Of a stretch of 52,182 bases of DNA, positions 50,343 to 52,182 are shown piece after piece. Position numbers and translations under genes: made by a program. The stretch spans positions 23,622-75,803 of the forward strand of contig DUEL01000012.1 in assembly GCA_011192125.1 (NCBI GenBank). Reading direction: 5' to 3'. The stretch is from Thermoflexia bacterium. Lineage in GTDB: Bacteria; Chloroflexota; Anaerolineae; B4-G1; DUEL01. The notes beneath the pieces were generated by a model. The model did no database searches. It saw nothing but the letters and a program-made list of their open reading frames with translations, and was not told where the DNA came from. Positions within the stretch are counted from its first letter, which is position 1, and each line of letters opens with the position of its first letter.

Positions 50343-52016
50343 ATGGTAGGAGAAAACGGACGTTGCTTGGTCATCGGGCTGGACGGCGGATCGCCGGACC
50401 TGATCCGGCGGTGGGCCGACGAGGGGAAGTTGCCCAATCTGGCCCGCCTCATCGAGGAAGGGACCTTCGGTCACCTTCGCTCGACCTATCCGCCTATCTC
50501 TGCCGCCGCCTGGGTGACCTTCTTGACTGGTCAGGAGCCGGGGCAGCACGGCATCTTCGACTTCCGCAACTACGACCCCACCCGGTACACCTGCACCGAC
50601 GAAGCCATCGTCAACTCGACCGCCTTTGCCGGGCGAACGATGCTGGACGTGGCAGGGTCCTATGGACGGCGGGTGGGGGCGGTGACGGTGCCCATCACCT
50701 ACCCGACCTGGCCCGTCAACGGGGCGATGGTCGCTGGCTACCCCACCCCCGACGCGAAGCGGGCCTTCACCTACCCGCCGGAACTGGGGGATCGGCTGGG
50801 CTCTCTGACCGAGGACTCCGCCTTCTTCCGCTCCCGCGCTCCGGACGAGGTGGCCCGCGAACTGATCCGGCTGGTGCGGGACCGGGCGGAGGCGGCGCGG
50901 TGGATGCTGGAGAACGACGCTTACGACCTCTTTGTGGTCGTCTTCGGGGCCACCGATCGGGCGCAGCACGACTTCTGGCGGCACTTCGACCCCGGTTTCC
51001 CCACCCACGACCCGGCGGAGGCGGACCGGTTCGGTTCGGTGATCCTGGAGGTGTACCAGGAGGCGGATCGGGCCGTCGGTCGGCTGTTGGAGGCGGTGCC
51101 TGAGGAGACGACGGTGCTGGTGATGTCCGACCACGGTGCGGGGCCCCGCGCCACCCGTTACTTCCACCTCAACGCCTGGCTGACCCAGGAGGGGTTGCTG
51201 CAGATGCGGGGGGGAGGCGGTTCCCCGCTCCGGTGGACCCGCCCCCTCTACCGGGCGTTCAAAGCGCGCTTCCCCTATCAGGAGCAGGTGTACCGTCGCC
51301 TGCCTGCCGTCCTGAAGCGGTGGGCCTCCCGCGTCGACTCCGACGCCGAACTGGGGATCGGCGACGTGGACTGGGGCCGGACGGTCGCCTACCGGTTCCC
51401 GATGTACCCGCCGGTGGAGGGGATCGTCGTCAACCTGCGCGGGCGGCAGCCGGAAGGGATCGTCGAGCCGGGGGCCGGGTATGAACGGCTGCGGGATGAG
51501 ATCATCGACCGGCTGCAGGGGTTGACCGATCCGGAGACCGGTGAGCCGGTCGTGGAGGCCGCATTCCGGAGGGAGGATCTCTATCGGGGCGACCACTTGG
51601 AGCGGGTGCCGGACATCGTGGTGGTGATGTCGGAGGGGTATGAGGGCGGATCGGCCCTCTCCGGCCCCTTCGTCACCTCGATCCCGGAGGACGACCTGCG
51701 CCGCCTCAGCGGGGCCCACCGGATGGACGGGGTCCTCATCGCCCACGGACCGGCGATTCGCCGGGGCGAGGGGGACGGCGGGGCGCGGATCGTCGATCTA
51801 GCGCCAACGATCCTCTACGCGCTCGGCGTGCCGGTCCCGAGCCGGATGGACGGCCGCGTGCTGGTGGACCTCTTTGAGCCAGGGTACGTCGCTGACCATC
51901 CGGTGGAGCGGGTGGCATGGCGGGGTGAGGGGGTCGAGGTGGAGGAAAGTGGGCTCTCTGAAGAGGAGGAGAGCGTGATCCGGGAGAAACTGCGTCGGTT
52001 AGGGTACATCGAATGA
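50343..52016 (+). CDS. alkaline phosphatase superfamily (nucleotide pyrophosphatase/phosphodiesterase-like) protein
   Basis: IGLDG, STYPPIS, TGQEPGQHGIFD, DRAQH, MSDHG, GAH and C-terminal KLRRLGYIE. Confidence 0.87.
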   Translation: MVGENGRCLVIGLDGGSPDLIRRWADEGKLPNLARLIEEGTFGHLRSTYPPISAAAWVTFLTGQEPGQHGIFDFRNYDPTRYTCTDEAIVNSTAFAGRTMLDVAGSYGRRVGAVTVPITYPTWPVNGAMVAGYPTPDAKRAFTYPPELGDRLGSLTEDSAFFRSRAPDEVARELIRLVRDRAEAARWMLENDAYDLFVVVFGATDRAQHDFWRHFDPGFPTHDPAEADRFGSVILEVYQEADRAVGRLLEAVPEETTVLVMSDHGAGPRATRYFHLNAWLTQEGLLQMRGGGGSPLRWTRPLYRAFKARFPYQEQVYRRLPAVLKRWASRVDSDAELGIGDVDWGRTVAYRFPMYPPVEGIVVNLRGRQPEGIVEPGAGYERLRDEIIDRLQGLTDPETGEPVVEAAFRREDLYRGDHLERVPDIVVVMSEGYEGGSALSGPFVTSIPEDDLRRLSGAHRMDGVLIAHGPAIRRGEGDGGARIVDLAPTILYALGVPVPSRMDGRVLVDLFEPGYVADHPVERVAWRGEGVEVEESGLSEEEESVIREKLRRLGYIE

Positions 52017-52182
52017 GCGGAGTGAGGGGGATGAGACGGGCGGGGGTGCTCTTTCTGGTCCTGCTGGTCTGCTACGCCTACTTCCTTCCCCGCTGGGCGG
52101 AGTGGAACCAGAACTCGCGGATGGACCTGACGATGGCCATCGTCGAACAAGGGACCTTCGTCATCGACGACTACTATGGGAA
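52013..52182 (+). CDS. membrane protein, possibly a GT-C fold glycosyltransferase (truncated at window edge)
   Basis: Open to the end of the window: MSGVRGMRRAGVLFLVLLVCYAYFLPRWAEWNQNSRMDLTMAIVEQGTFVIDDYYG; start overlaps the upstream stop (ATGA). Confidence 0.55.
   Translation, partial: MSGVRGMRRAGVLFLVLLVCYAYFLPRWAEWNQNSRMDLTMAIVEQGTFVIDDYYG

Overview
GC-rich bacterial chromosomal window. It is most likely from a thermophilic Chloroflexota (Anaerolineae-like) genome, inferred from C-terminal (Y/F)LP(L/I)VxR tails on three exported proteins, a ttuB-ttuA pair and the gene content. Layout: (1) 0.1-3.5 kb, a compact uncharacterised signalling operon (cNMP-HAMP-coiled-coil protein, Arg-Walker-A MinD/ParA ATPase, small Zn finger, winged-HTH, PrsW protease), then a secreted beta-helix protein and a convergent class III cyclase-STAND-TPR gene. 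(2) 9.2-9.5 kb, an intergenic region with a MITE-like element and a promoter/terminator-bounded sRNA candidate. (3) 9.5-21.8 kb, housekeeping genes (Zn-ribbon protein, lgt, two YtfJ-like genes, dprA, rimM, khpA, rpsP, ffh; a TPR/TFB-like protein, ttuB, ttuA, queuosine-precursor transporter, metallophosphoesterase, era). (4) 22-52 kb, a large surface-glycan locus headed by two response regulators without a kinase in the window and a Wzc-like pseudokinase fused to an excisionase-type HTH. It also holds Wzm/Wzt, many GT2/GT4 enzymes, two AlkP-family proteins, a Cys-less AsnB, HddA, acetyltransferases, an O-antigen-ligase-like protein and an embedded 1430-aa FG-GAP surface protein. Several families of short palindromic and tandem repeats sit at gene junctions and often supply stop codons or C-terminal residues. 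No rRNA, tRNA, CRISPR array or transposase was seen. All calls come from reading motifs by eye; no database searches were run.
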